A stretch of DNA of 64,000 nt from Macrostomum hystrix (lineage: Eukaryota; Animalia; Platyhelminthes). Location: positions 1,302,001 through 1,366,000 of the forward strand of contig CATNEN010000038.1 of assembly GCA_950097015.1 (NCBI GenBank), given 5' to 3'. Of this stretch, positions 13,090 to 29,705 are shown piece after piece. The translations under genes and the position numbers were made by a program. Numbering within the stretch: the first letter of the stretch is position 1; the number at the start of each line of letters is the position of its first letter. Below the pieces are notes generated by a model. The model had not been told where the DNA came from and did no database searches. It worked only from the letters and a program-made list of their open reading frames with translations.

Positions 13090-13899
13090 TGCAGCTCGAC
13101 TAAATTGGACTGCAATGGTATTAATGATGCAACATACGAGTCTTTTGTAGGTTTTGAGTAGCTCTAGAGCCTGATTAGGGGTAGCACAAATAAAAAACTA
13201 CGATGATAAATCATTTCAGCTTGCAAAACAAAGTACAGTTGCTATATTGTTAAATGGTATAAAATTTAAAACTTTATTTAACATAAATTTATCAGGCGCT
13301 ATCCAGGTGAAATATTTTTTTCTACAGATTGATAGTTTACAGTAGAGTTCATTATAAGTATATAGCTTAGATCATAAAAGAAAAATTAAATGCACTTTAA
13401 AGAGTTCTTAAAATATGTACAACTACAATGACTGATGTCCAGAGCTCTAGCTATTTTCATATTGATTTTAGGCCCTAGAATAAACTAACATAGATAGTCA
13501 TTAGTCTTTAAAAGTTATGTGTATTTTGGCCAGATTTGATGGTAGTGTAAATTAGCCTTAAAAGTATTAAAGTATAGTTGTACCAATAGCTATTAATGGT
13601 TACAGGCAGCCATGGCTATAAGAAGTTAGGGATATAAAACTTTTTGGTCAAAAGATTCAGATAAAGATATGGTGAATTTTAAAAAATAATCTTGCACATA
13701 GATCTTGTATGCAGGTATATGTGTATGCTCACACAGGTATGTACATCTGCCGAGACTTTTTCATTGTCTAGCAGTGTAGACTTTCTCAATGCCATGGAGG
13801 TTGGCATTGAATGGCCTAAATTGCATGACAAGCCCCAAAGCCTTATTACTGTGACTGTACCTTGAATAAATGTGGCATTACCATGGAATCAAGCTTAGG

Positions 13900-14613
13900 G
13901 ACCTTTCATTTCTCATGCTTATCTTCCAAGACCCAGCTGCGGCCCAGCTTGCTGTCTCCAGCATCTGCACTGAAGGTGCCCGAGTCGGCCTAAGTGTCAA
14001 TGGCAGCAAGACGGAGGTACTACACCTGGCATTTAAGAACCCACTGCCCTTAATACTGCCCAACAGTGAATTCATTGAATTCAACTTAAGCCAGTCTTCA
14101 CCTCTGGAGTATGAGATGATCTGAAGATTTGACTGTTTCACGCTGCTGTAGAGCCCATCCTATTCTACGGAATGGAGGCCATCCCGATGACCCCCACCTG
14201 AGAGCGGGTCCTAGATGGGATGCACTGAAATCTCCTGCGCCAGGCTTTAGATGTGCACTACCCCAAGACCATCTTGACAGCCCAGCTGACAGCGCGAGCT
14301 GGCATGCTGCCCATGAGCATCACACTGCGCTGGTGGCATCAGACCCTGCTGGGGCACTGCTTGCCAAGGACTGTCTGCGGCAAGGACAACACCCTGGCTT
14401 TGGTCACCCTCAACCAGCCAACCAAGTGACTGCGCCGTGGCCAGTGTCGGACCCAGACTTTAGGCACTACTTTGGTGGCCGACCTAGAAGTGATCAGACT
14501 GACCCCGAGGACTGCTGCAATCTGCCCTGCCCCCCTTTTCCGTGAATGCTTGTGCGCAAGAGTGCCCTGTTGACCTTCAGGCCCCTTGCATCATCGTAAT
14601 GTAATGTAATGTA
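13900..14613 (+). mobile_element. degenerate 5'-truncated non-LTR retrotransposon (RTE-like), RT/thumb fragment
   Basis: EGARVGLSVNGSKTEVL (late RT motif) and LFHAAVEPILFYGMEA...LLRQAL...LLGHCL with stops and frameshifts; ends in a (GTAAT)n tail at 14595-14613. Confidence 0.7.
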
Positions 14614-17429
14614 AGGGACCTTGGTGCACCATACATGCGCAACACCAGGCCGACCACGCCTGGTGAAACGAGGGCCAAGCAAGGTAAGTTGCAAAAACCA
14701 ATCGACAAAGTGCAAAAAATCAAAAGGGGGACCAAGGGACAAAAAAGGAAGGCGTAAAGAAAAGGAAAAAGGGGAGAGAAAAAGAGAGCAAATGAGAGCA
14801 AACTAAGTCATAAATAGAGCAAAAACTAAGTCGCACGGCCGGCTAATATTTGGGAGATTGATATGTATGCAAGTGTCTGTTCAATTAAATAGTCTCTTCT
14901 GTTGCTTCTATTACTTTTTTGACAAACAAGTTCTCTGTTTAAAAGGGATTAAATAAAGAGCTTAGCTGGGCCATTTGGGTGGGACTGCGATTGGGCCAGT
15001 CATGGGTGAACCAAACCCCACCTCTCAGACCCTATATATACTAATGTACATTGAGGGTTTTGGCTTAGTCTCACCCTAGCCCAGGGAGGGGTGGCATGAC
15101 TAGGGTGAGATATATAGCGAGAGGGGTGGAGGCACAGAGCACAAGAGATGGGAGGTGCCTAGAAAGGGGAAAGGGTTGGAGGCAAGCTGATAAGGAGCAG
15201 CCATCTTGGGTAGAGGGACAGATAGACAAAGCTGTTAGTAATAAATAACATGTAATGATGTTTTCAGTGTATGGGTACTGTCCTTTTCGGTCATTAATTT
15301 CTTTCCCTTCCCTGGCTATTCTACATGAGATGAGTCTGAGGAAAGGAACTAATGTGAAATATACAATTTTGTATCATTTAGCGCAAGATTTACTGTTTTT
15401 ACAAAAAGTAGCACAACAGCGCAGCTAAAGCGAAATAGTGCAATAGCGCTAAAATAGCGCAAGTGTGGCAACTATGATTGCAACTTAAATGAATACTATA
15501 TTGAGTTTCTATATTCAAGTGCTTTGTATAAAAGCCCTTTAGAAATTGTAATTGTATGGTGGGTTTTCCCAGCTCTAAGCTAGCCCTAATAAGGGCCCAG
15601 ACTTAACAAAGTTTGCCCTCCTTACAAAAGCACTTAGGCTCATTTAGACTGTTTTGTGTTTGGGATGAAAGCTATTTCAGAGATTTCAATGCTATGTTCA
15701 TGTTGTAAGGTAGGCCTAGTATAGGGGAAACCAGTGTAAATTTACTTTCTTTCATGAAATTATTTTTGTAGGTGTGATTATATGCAATGTTAGCATTTGA
15801 TGTAGACATTATGTCCCTTGAGTTGAGGTTGAGCTGTCAGTGTATTGAGTCAGCAGAACTTCATAAGGAGGCACAATCCATGAAGGTCTAAGTGGCTGTC
15901 TAGCCATTCTAAGTTGGAAGCTTGGAAATATAATTGTCTGATTGAAGTCACTAGTGAAAGTTAGAAATGTTTCTGTGATTCTTTCTACTCTTCAGATGTT
16001 GCCAAGCTGGTTACGGCCATAGACAACTATAGAAAATGCCATGCCACATCATTTCTGTGCATTTAGCACCATTTTTAATTTAAAAAATTAATTTTGCAAA
16101 TGAAAGTAAAATTACACTGGGAAACCTGCTGATTAGGCCTACCAATCATGTTTGTACCAATCACTATATATATCTTTTTTGCATTTCTGTAAGGTACATT
16201 TATGATAGGCCTATATCTAAATGGCCCTACAATATAGACACCTTAAATTTAAGACCCAGCTTAAAACAGTAGGCCCCTAGCAAAAAGCAATTTTTTAGAC
16301 ATATACACTTTTCAATATAATATAAGTAGGCCCTAGGCCTATAAAATGCATTTAAAATTGAAATGACAGGATATCTGATTCTGTCCAAAAAGTTTCTACA
16401 TGTTTCTATCAAATAGGCCCCTATACTATAGGCTTTGCTTAGGCCAACCAAGGACATTAGAAGCAGCAGTTTTTCACAAATCTCCCCAAAATAGGCCTAG
16501 GGCCCTACACCTAGCTAATTAAGATCTCAACAATTGTGTCTGGATAGGCCAAAAATTAATTCATGTTATTCACAGCTTATTTGTTTAAGTAAAGGTACCT
16601 CCATACGGATCCTGGACACTTTGTTATCTTACAACTTGGTCATCCACTTGGAAGGTAGGCCTAGGACACTTTGTCATCAAGCCAATTGGCATGCTTTAAA
16701 GTTTGGTTAGTTCGTCATCTACTAGGCCGGCCCTAATAACAAGCAATCAAGTTTGTCATTAATAAAGTGAGGGTGGTATTATGGTATTAATTATACCATA
16801 AATAATTAGTTTCTTAATCGATTTTCAGCCTTTGTACTTTTAGTTTTGTACTTAAGTAGACCTAAGTTAACAATTATAAAAAAATTTAGTTATTTAAATT
16901 TTAAAGGCGCAGATTGATCTGAATATCACTGGGTAAATAATTTTATCATGATAAAGGGTGATTATATAAATATTTTTAAATAATAATTTATGGCACGTTA
17001 GTGCTTCTTTACTTTTTTCTCCTAACGTAACATAACAGCCCAACATATAAAAGTAATGATTAGGGGTCTAAAGTCTGAAAATGAAAAACTACATCTAAAT
17101 CAGACAAAAAATATTTTCGAAAAGTCTGGCACATAAAAAAATTTTCTGACCCTGTTTTGTTAGACCTATATATAATTCCTGGAAAGCATATTTATTTATT
17201 TCGTACGGTCCTCGTTTGGATTCAGCTCACTGCTAGCTAGAAGTACTTGCCTGCGCATCAGTTTAGCCTTGTCTGACAATTAGATATATCATGCAAGACC
17301 AATGTCTTTATAGTTGGGCCTAGCTCTATGTGCGCTAAATGCAAATTAGATACCGTGACAAGTTTTATTTTAATCGTTATTGTTATCATGCTAACTAAGT
17401 TGACATTTGACAGTTGACATTTGGCTGGC

Positions 17430-18105
17430 GGCAGAGCTTATTCCCACGGTCCCGTGCCGATAATTTCAATTTTATCCACACGGATCCGTGCCGATAATTT
17501 TCTGCTTATCCACACGGCAGCTTGTATGAATAAGTCTAAAACTCTTTTTATAAATATGCCGTGCCATTAATTTCAATTTTATCCACACGGTTCTGTTCTT
17601 TAAAACGAGGCCCTTTCGGGTTTGAACGTTTGTTGAACCCTCGAGCCAATAGATCGACAAAGTTGACAGTGTGTTACAACAGTGTTCTACATTAGACCTA
17701 CACATTCATTAACCGACATTAATGTCATCCTTTTTAATTATTGTAATAACAACTTACTAAATATTTTGTCATCGTTACGTGTTTTCATTCGAATTGTATT
17801 GACTTAAAAAAGTAAGAAGTCTATCTAAGAAAATCATACGAGTCAACCAGTAGAATTCTAGTCAGCACCAAACTCGTCACACATATTATAAATCATTGTT
17901 ATTCTTTTACACTATGCATTGATAGTGTACACTATACACTATACTCTGAAGCAAAAGCCTTATGCTCAGAGAAGAATAGGCATAGGGACTTGAAAGTAGA
18001 CCTATTCATACAAGCTGCCGTGTGGATAAGCAGAACATTATCGGCATGGATCCGTGTGGATAAAATTATAATTATCGGCATGGGACCGTGGGAATAAGCA
18101 CTTCC
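17430..18105. mobile_element. Mutator-type non-autonomous element (MITE), 676 bp
   Basis: About 105-bp terminal inverted repeats (17430-17538 vs 17997-18105) and a perfect 9-bp target-site duplication TTGGCTGGC at 17421-17429 and 18106-18114. Confidence 0.9.
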
Positions 18106-19906
18106 TTGGCTGGCAGCATCCACATCATGGTCGGCAAATCTGGCACCTGCGGCACTCTGGCCGGCGGCATCCGCAGCATTGTCGGTAAGTCCGGCACCTG
18201 CGGCACTCTGGCCGGTGGCATCCACGTCATGGTTGGCATCATCTTCGCTGGGCAAGAACTCGTCAGCTTTACTGGCCGCAATGTGAAGAAATTGAATTGG
18301 GAGAAGCTGACCAGTTCTATGTAGGTTGTATTGCTGAGCGATTCTCTTGCCCTTTAGAATGCTTCTGGCCTTCTGCAGCCGTCTGATTGGTCGGCCATTG
18401 TTCAGTCTGTGAAGATCTGCTATGTAAGTGGAGCAGATGCTACATGTCGGCGAGGAGTAGAGTGCAACTAAAATTGGGAAGAAAAGAATATGTCAATAAG
18501 AAAGCTTCGTACTATCTCGAATAAAAATAGCAACTTTTTTTAAAGGTAGACTCATGCACGAGACACCAGCAGGACTCATTAGGAATATTTATATTGGGTA
18601 CGATTTGACACACTTCAAATGAAATTGCACCTTTTCAGAAGAATTAAGGCTAAAGTGTAGTTCTCAGACTTAAAATAGTTTTCTTCCCTGGCCATGAATG
18701 CAACTCAAAATACATATATATTTATTACCAATGAAATCCCACATGTTGGGATGAGCTGTCTCAGCAAACATCCGCCACCTGTTGTGATAGGATTCTTCCT
18801 TAGTTTTGGTGCATTTGAGACAGTTGTACACTGAAATGATGGTAGCACCAACTTTCTCAATCCAATAGCTGCGTACATAGTCATGGATGTGGCACAGCAA
18901 CTGCATCTTAGCAGGTGATACGTTTGTGATGTGGGACACTGGTTGTAGCATAGCATGAACACCCGGAATGTCTTCAGGTGGAAGTAACAGAATGCTCATA
19001 ACCAGTCGAGCATATTTTCTTACATCCTGATTACGAAAGAGGTCTACCCAGAGGCCAATCTTCTTGAACCTTTCCAGGATAGAGTGGCAGAAGTGGAAGC
19101 AACAGCCATGAGCCTGGACCTCAGGGTAGTACTCAAGGAATGAGTCTCTCAGGGCTGCTTGATGTCATGAGTGTCACTGGCTGAAAGTTTAGACACAACA
19201 GTCTCACCTTCTCCCATACAAGACGATACACTGCTCTGGACTTTCCATTAAGATGTGAAAAAAGTGCACGGGAAGAAGTAGCCTTCTGGTGACCAGATGA
19301 TAAAAATGCCTCAGTACTACTCAAAAAGTACAATCAGTAAACACAGTGTCGGCATAATTCAGCTGACTTAGGTGTTCAGGGTGAGCAAAGAAAATGGAGT
19401 AGTGCTCCCGACGCTGAGCAGAGCCCTGATATACAGCTTTCTGATCAATACCACAGAACTTCAGAGTGTTGTCAGAGTCCAGCAGCTGTATTGCGGAAGA
19501 ACAATTGCTTCAATTGTTCAAGGAATTTGTGGCTGCACTGCCCGCCTGGCACACCACATAGTTAACTCAACCTCAGGAAACCCAATAGAATTACGAACTC
19601 TGGAGCATTGGCAGTTACTTCATCAAAAACAACTCGAAGCCATTTTGCTGGATTTTGCATGGCGGCTTTTATAAGCTCATGTTTTAGCTTCAATGCTTCA
19701 ATATTTTGTGTTGAAGGTGGATCATGAGAATGCGTGACACCATTTGTGCTAATGATACCATGTTCTAGACTTGTCTTTGCTTCATAAGCTGCCATCCTGC
19801 AGTAGAAATATTCTCTATCAGGAGTGATCCAATTACATTTGTATAAATGTCTGTCATAGAGAAGAAGCTTGGAGCCTTGTCTTCCTTCGACATACTGATA
19901 AGCCAT
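18106..19906 (-). pseudogene. decayed Mutator (MULE) transposase with FLYWCH-like N-terminus
   Basis: GSKLLLYDRHLYK...YFYC...HSH (19562-19906), VQAHGCCFHFCHSILERFKKIGL (~19060-19130), EESYHNRWR...HPNMWDFI (~18730-18810); broken by stops and frameshifts. Confidence 0.8.
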
Positions 19907-22079
19907 AGAACTTATCAGAGTGTTGTGCTGAAGTTATTTTAAATTGTGCATAAACTATTAGTGCATTTGTAAAGTAGAATTTCCTTTCTATAATATATTT
20001 CTTTTTTGCTCTTTTTGCCTACTAGATAATTATCCCTATGAATTAGACTAAGAAAGTGAATTTGAATATGTTAAATAGGCATTTAACATGCTTACTACAG
20101 TTTGTTTTAAGCAAAACATAGCTGAATTGATAGAAAAATAAGTGTTTGTATATATACCCTTGTTCAGATTTGAAGATCCCTTGTTTGGTTGATGATGCTT
20201 TACTAGTTAATGATACTACTAGTCAGTATCAACGTTCATATTAAATATTAAATCATTCATAACCCCATAGGAAATCTAAGCAGATAACATTTAAAACTTC
20301 CTATTGTATTTGAAACTTGTATCTATAACTATCATGCTATGACCATTATAGCAGAAATCTTCTAAGAACATAAAATTTCATTGCTTTACTTTGTAGAGCA
20401 TCAAAATTTAGAAGAAATTCAAAAGTGAAAAGTGCAATCATAACTGTACTACTTTCTTTGACTTTACATATAAACTATGATATCCTGTTTCTTGATTAAT
20501 ATAGGCCCTTAGCATAAAATAACAATAGAATTCTGGAAACTGCATATTTTTATGAACTATACCTTTCATGAGTCCAAATCTTTACTTATAGTAAGAGTTA
20601 CAAAGAATGGATGCTAGATATTTTTCTTTTTTACTTTTCTCTATAGTCTATCAACCTATTACTATCACATTAGTGGAATGAGCCTATAGGCCCCTAATGA
20701 TAGTCCTAATCTCTAATATATGCCACAATATGATTAGTAATGCCAATGGTAGCAGGGGGCACTGCTGCTTCAAGTGGACTTTAGGAGGATTGGAGCATAA
20801 GTACTGAAAAAAAAGTGGATCTTTGGGGCAGAGAGAGAGTTTCCTTCTGCAAACAAAAACAGAACTTGGAATTTTGCTTTCCATTGGCATTGGCAAAAAA
20901 CTGATAAGCCCTATTTTTAACTCACCATGCCAAAATATATAGGCCTCCAACCTTTAATATTTTAGGCCCAATAATGCTATAATCTATATACTAAAAATGA
21001 AAACTATCTATATTATTATAGCTATAGGTTATTATTTATTGCTTAGGGCCTAGCCTAGATAGAAATGAGGACTATGATGTATGATATATTAATACAATAT
21101 ATAATAGAAAAAAGAATAGTGCTATGCCAGATGCCAATGTCTGATGATTTTTCTAATACCAAATGTCAGTGTCTAATGATGATGACTGTCATGTCATATC
21201 AGAGCATGATTCTGTAGTCGAATATGCCTATCTAGCTTATTGATTGTTAGAAAACGGCAAAATATGGTCCATAATATTGCTTATATGGGCCAAGTTCTAG
21301 TAGATTAAATATAGATATATCTATTTCTAACACATAACACTAGAAAGGCTATTCTGCATTCAGATTTTTGTTCATTAAATTATTTAGAGTTTAAATTCTT
21401 GCAAAAATCATTTTGTATATTTGTGCATATAAAACACTAGAGACTACTTTTTGAAACCCTTTTATGAAACCCTTTTTGAAAACATTTTATGCAGGCATTG
21501 CATCTCAATCTATGCAGGGATGAAATAAGAAAGCATGCATAAGAAAGAAAGTAAAGTTCATTCTTACAATTGCACATCTTCATTTCATTAGGAAAATACT
21601 GAGCTGAATCAATGCAGGGTTTCCACTCGGGTTGTGTAGCAGTAGCACTTTTTTACAATAGAAGACAAAGGCACTTTCCTTTTTTCTTTTCCAGACGATG
21701 AGTCATGGGGTGACTCATCGCTTGCCTTTGCTTGCCTTTCTTTGTTCCCTCCCACACTCCTTTCCGTCCCCTGCCCAGCCAATCAGAGAGTGGCTGGTGG
21801 GTGAGTCATCAGTCACTTGTGGTCTGAAGAATTGAGCTATGGGACCTTGGCCACAAAGTCACGTCAGGCTACCACACACATCACTTAGGCGAGTGGATCT
21901 AGGGGGCAAGGCCTGACTTCTGGTCATCCCAGGGGTCAGAACCCATAAAAGTGGCTTAAACTCTCCTAGTGCTTAGCCCGGGTTACATCAGTATGCAATG
22001 CATAAAGCATTAAAGTAACATGTGTCCCTTAAAAAAGATTTCACATAAACATTAAAATAACATTCACGGCATTTTCAGT

Positions 22080-22233
22080 TTTGGTTATAGATAGGCATTG
22101 TGAAATTTAGAGCTTATGAAATTCTGTGCATGGCTTTTTGACTTTGTGAAAATTAGGGTTTATGAAATTTAGGGCTTATGAAAGTGTGTCTTGCGACGTT
22201 GTGAAAATTAGGGTATGTGAAACGACCCCCTAC
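22080..22233. mobile_element. probable MULE terminal region with internal sub-repeats
   Basis: Repeated GTGAAAATTAGGG(T/C)TATGAAA-like units ending in ACGACCCCC, upstream of the transposase remnant; partner TIR not found. Confidence 0.45.
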
Positions 22234-23251
22234 ATGTAGCTTCAGGGACCAATACATGAATACATTTGCCTACTACAAAGGGTACTACTAGGGGATGCCA
22301 GATTGTTTTGTCAGCCTGGCAGCCTATTGAGGGGCTGTGACCTAGGTCACAAGTGCAGTGCAAAACATGAAGCAAGCAAAATAAGCCTATTCTTTTGTTT
22401 GCAAATTTATATCAAATTGATTTCACTTTTAATTGCAACAGATTCAATGATATCTTTATAATAAAAAATATACACAATGAAAACCAGCTAAACAGGCTAC
22501 TCAAATGTCATAGTAGTGTACTCAGTGAAAGCATGGTAATGTGTCACCCAGAAAATAATGTTGCCAAAGATAACAAGGCAAGGCAAATTAGTCCTTCCCA
22601 CCCTTTCAGCCTGTTTCTCTTTAGTTTTGCCATTAGTCAATGCATAGTTGCATTGCCAAATTATTGGAAAACTTTTACAAGTTTAATAATTTACTTATGG
22701 TAGCTAAAAGTCTTTCTTATATTAAATGTGCAAAACGAGAGGTTTGTGAAAAGCATTTTAATATAGAAAGGAATCACATATGCACACTAGCATGTTGCGC
22801 TGCCATTTGACGAAACTTTACGAAACAGAAATTATAGTTACAATATTGACAAAATTATTTGACAAGCAAGTAAATCTCAGCAGTTGCACTCATTAGAACT
22901 ACTAAGTATAAAAACAGTAAAATAATAATTCCAACCAGATAAAAAAATTATGTACATAATAGGACACAGATTCAATCATAGACATTTGACAGCCAAGGAA
23001 TCCTAAACTTATCATTTAGACTTAGGATTTCTTGGAACAGCGTAAACAATTTGAAAGTTTAAGCCTTTGCACTGAGTATTGCATTGGATGTAGATGCAAA
23101 AATATATATATAACTGACATTTTAAAAAATTTAGTCTATTTCAAGACCCAACCATCAAGCATTTAGTAGCCATAGGACAAGCTATTTATCTATACAACTG
23201 TATGTTAAGTTTGCACAAGCACTATGGCAGGATAGTGATGAGTTTATTTAA

Positions 23252-27120
<3,869 letters not shown>

Positions 27121-27719
27121 CAGCTGGAGGCCCCTACTGAGGCGCGCATTTTCAATCCCACATGTAGAAGCGCACGTGACTGAAATTTTGCAGCTTATCT
27201 ATTTAAAACGGCCCTCCAATCTCTGTTCTCACCTAAACTGTTCGCTTGTGTTTTTTTCAATGTCGGTTTTGTGTTAGTTGTCCGTCAACTATTGACAATA
27301 TTTACAAAAGTTTGTCCTAGCCCCGTGAATTCCTGTTTCATTTGTATTTATTTTCTCAACGACTCTACTAACAGTAGTGTTTATTGTAAAACACCAGTTT
27401 GCTATTGTTGTTGTTCATGCTTAACTTATTGTTGTGTTTTTGCAAGCACTATTTATCAATTCTATTTCGTTATTATTTGCCTAGTGCGTTAATTTAATGC
27501 CTTTACCTGTGCAATTAAGGTAAAAATTATTTATAAAAGCAAATATAACAACTATAGTGAATGTTTAACTTCGTGTCCATCGAACTTTTTGTCGGTTTAG
27601 GAATAACAATTAAGAAAACCTAATGGGACTGTTTAATTATGCTTGGATTCTTGATTTCATTAAAAATTAAGAAACTTTTATGACTTACGACACTCCATGA
27701 AGCATAGAGTCAATACCCT

Positions 27720-29075
27720 ATCCGTGTGAATGATCGGTCATTACCCTCTCAGTGTGAATGATCGGTCATTACCCTCTCAGTGTGAATGATCGGTCATTAC
27801 CCTCTCAGTGTGAATGATCGGTCATTACCCTCTCAGTGTGAATGATCGGTCATTACCCTCTCAGTGTGAATGATCGCTTATTGCCCTCAGTGTGAATGAT
27901 CGGTCATTACCCTCTCAGTGTGAATGATCGGTCATTACCCTCTCAGTGTGAATGATCGCTTATTGCCCTCAGTGTGAATGATCGCTTATTGCCCTCAGTG
28001 TGAATGATCGGTCATTACCCTCTCAGTGTGAATGATCGCTTATTGCCCTCTCAGTGTAATTGATCGGTCATTACCCTCTCAGTGTGAATGATCGGTCATT
28101 ACCCTCTCAGTGTGAATGATCGGTCATTACCCTCTCAGTGTGAATGATCGCTTATTGCCCTCAGTGTGAATGATCGGTCATTGCCCTCTCAGTGTGAATG
28201 ATCGCTTATTGCCCTCTCAGTGTGAATGATCGGTCATTACCCTCTCAGTGTGAATGATCGGTCATTGCCCTCTCAGTGTGAATGATCGGTCATTGCCCTC
28301 TCAGTGTGAATGATCGGTCATTGCCCTCTCAGTGTGAATGATCGGTCATTACCCTCTCAGTGTGAATGATCGGTCATTGCCCTCTCAGTGTGAATGATCG
28401 CTTATTGCCCTCTCAGTGTGAATGATCGGTCATTGCCCTCTCAGTGTGAATGATCGGTCATTACCCTCTCAGTGTGAATGATCGGTCATTGCCCTCTCAG
28501 TGTGAATGATCGGTCATTGCCCTCTCAGTGTGAATGATCGGTCATTGCCCTCTCAGTGTGAATGATCGCTTATTGCCCTCTCAGTGTGAATGATCGGTCA
28601 TTGCCCTCTCAGTGTGAATGATCGGTCATTACCCTCTCAGTGTGAATGATCGGTCATTGCCCTCTCAGTGTGAATGATCGGTCATTGCCCTCTCAGTGTG
28701 AATGATCGGTCATTGCCCTCTCAGTGTGAATGATCGGTCATTGCCCTCTCAGTGTGAATGATCGGTCATTGCCCTCTCAGTGTGAATGATCGCTTATTGC
28801 CCTCTCAGTGTGAATGATCGGTCATTGCCCTCTCAGTGTGAATGATCGGTCATTGCCCTCTCAGTGTGAATGATCGGTCATTAACCTCTCAGTGTATGTA
28901 ATCGGTCATTACCCTCTCAGTGTAATTGATCGGTCATTACCCTCTCAGTGTATGTAATCGGTCATTACCCTCTCAGTGTAATTGATCGGTCATTACCCTC
29001 TCAGTGTGAATGATTGGTTATTACCCTTAGTCTGAATGATCAGTCATTAACCTCTCAGTGTGAATTATCGGTCAT
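27720..29075. repeat. 28-bp minisatellite (CAGTGTGAATGATCGGTCATTACCCTCT)
   Basis: Direct periodicity between the convergent RBBP4 and tetraspanin genes. Confidence 0.96.
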
Positions 29076-29705
29076 TGTCATCCTTGAGGTTATGTACTCG
29101 AAGATACAGAATTTTTCTGACTATGGCGATACTGTCGGTGTTTTGTTTATCGTCTGTGAATGCCTCTTGAGTAGAAAAAATTATTAACAAGCTTGGAGCT
29201 GTCTTATCTACAAGGACTGTCTCATTTTGTCCAACCGCAAGCCAAAGTCAACGAGCAGTAACAGAATCACCCAGAAAATACTGTCTTTACCAGTTTTCGA
29301 GTTATTTTATGATTGAAAACTCGCAGATATGTTATCTAACTCATTTGGCACTTGCAATCATTCGCTAATGATTTTTAGACCCTATATAGTTTTCTTTTTC
29401 AAACCAGTCACAGATTTGCTTTTATGGTCCTATGAGTAACTTTTTAATTAAAAAATTCAAACGCATTGATTGAAAAAATGTTTTATATTGTTAGTCGTTT
29501 TTGACATTTTTTGACCAGGAATAGCTGAACAAAAACGGCCCCTTTAAGTACCACTCAACATAAAGTCAACTTTGCGTTAAAATTTGTAGTTAATTTTTTG
29601 AAAATAAAATAATTACGTGATACGAGCTAAGCGAGAATGAAATATTATAAAGACGTCACACTGTGTTAATCATTATAAAAATGTTAGCCGGTAATTGCCA
29701 GCCAA

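Noticed and set aside
14940-15330. GC-richer LTR-like segment with TATA-like motifs
   Set aside because: No second LTR, TSD, primer-binding site or internal coding sequence could be identified.
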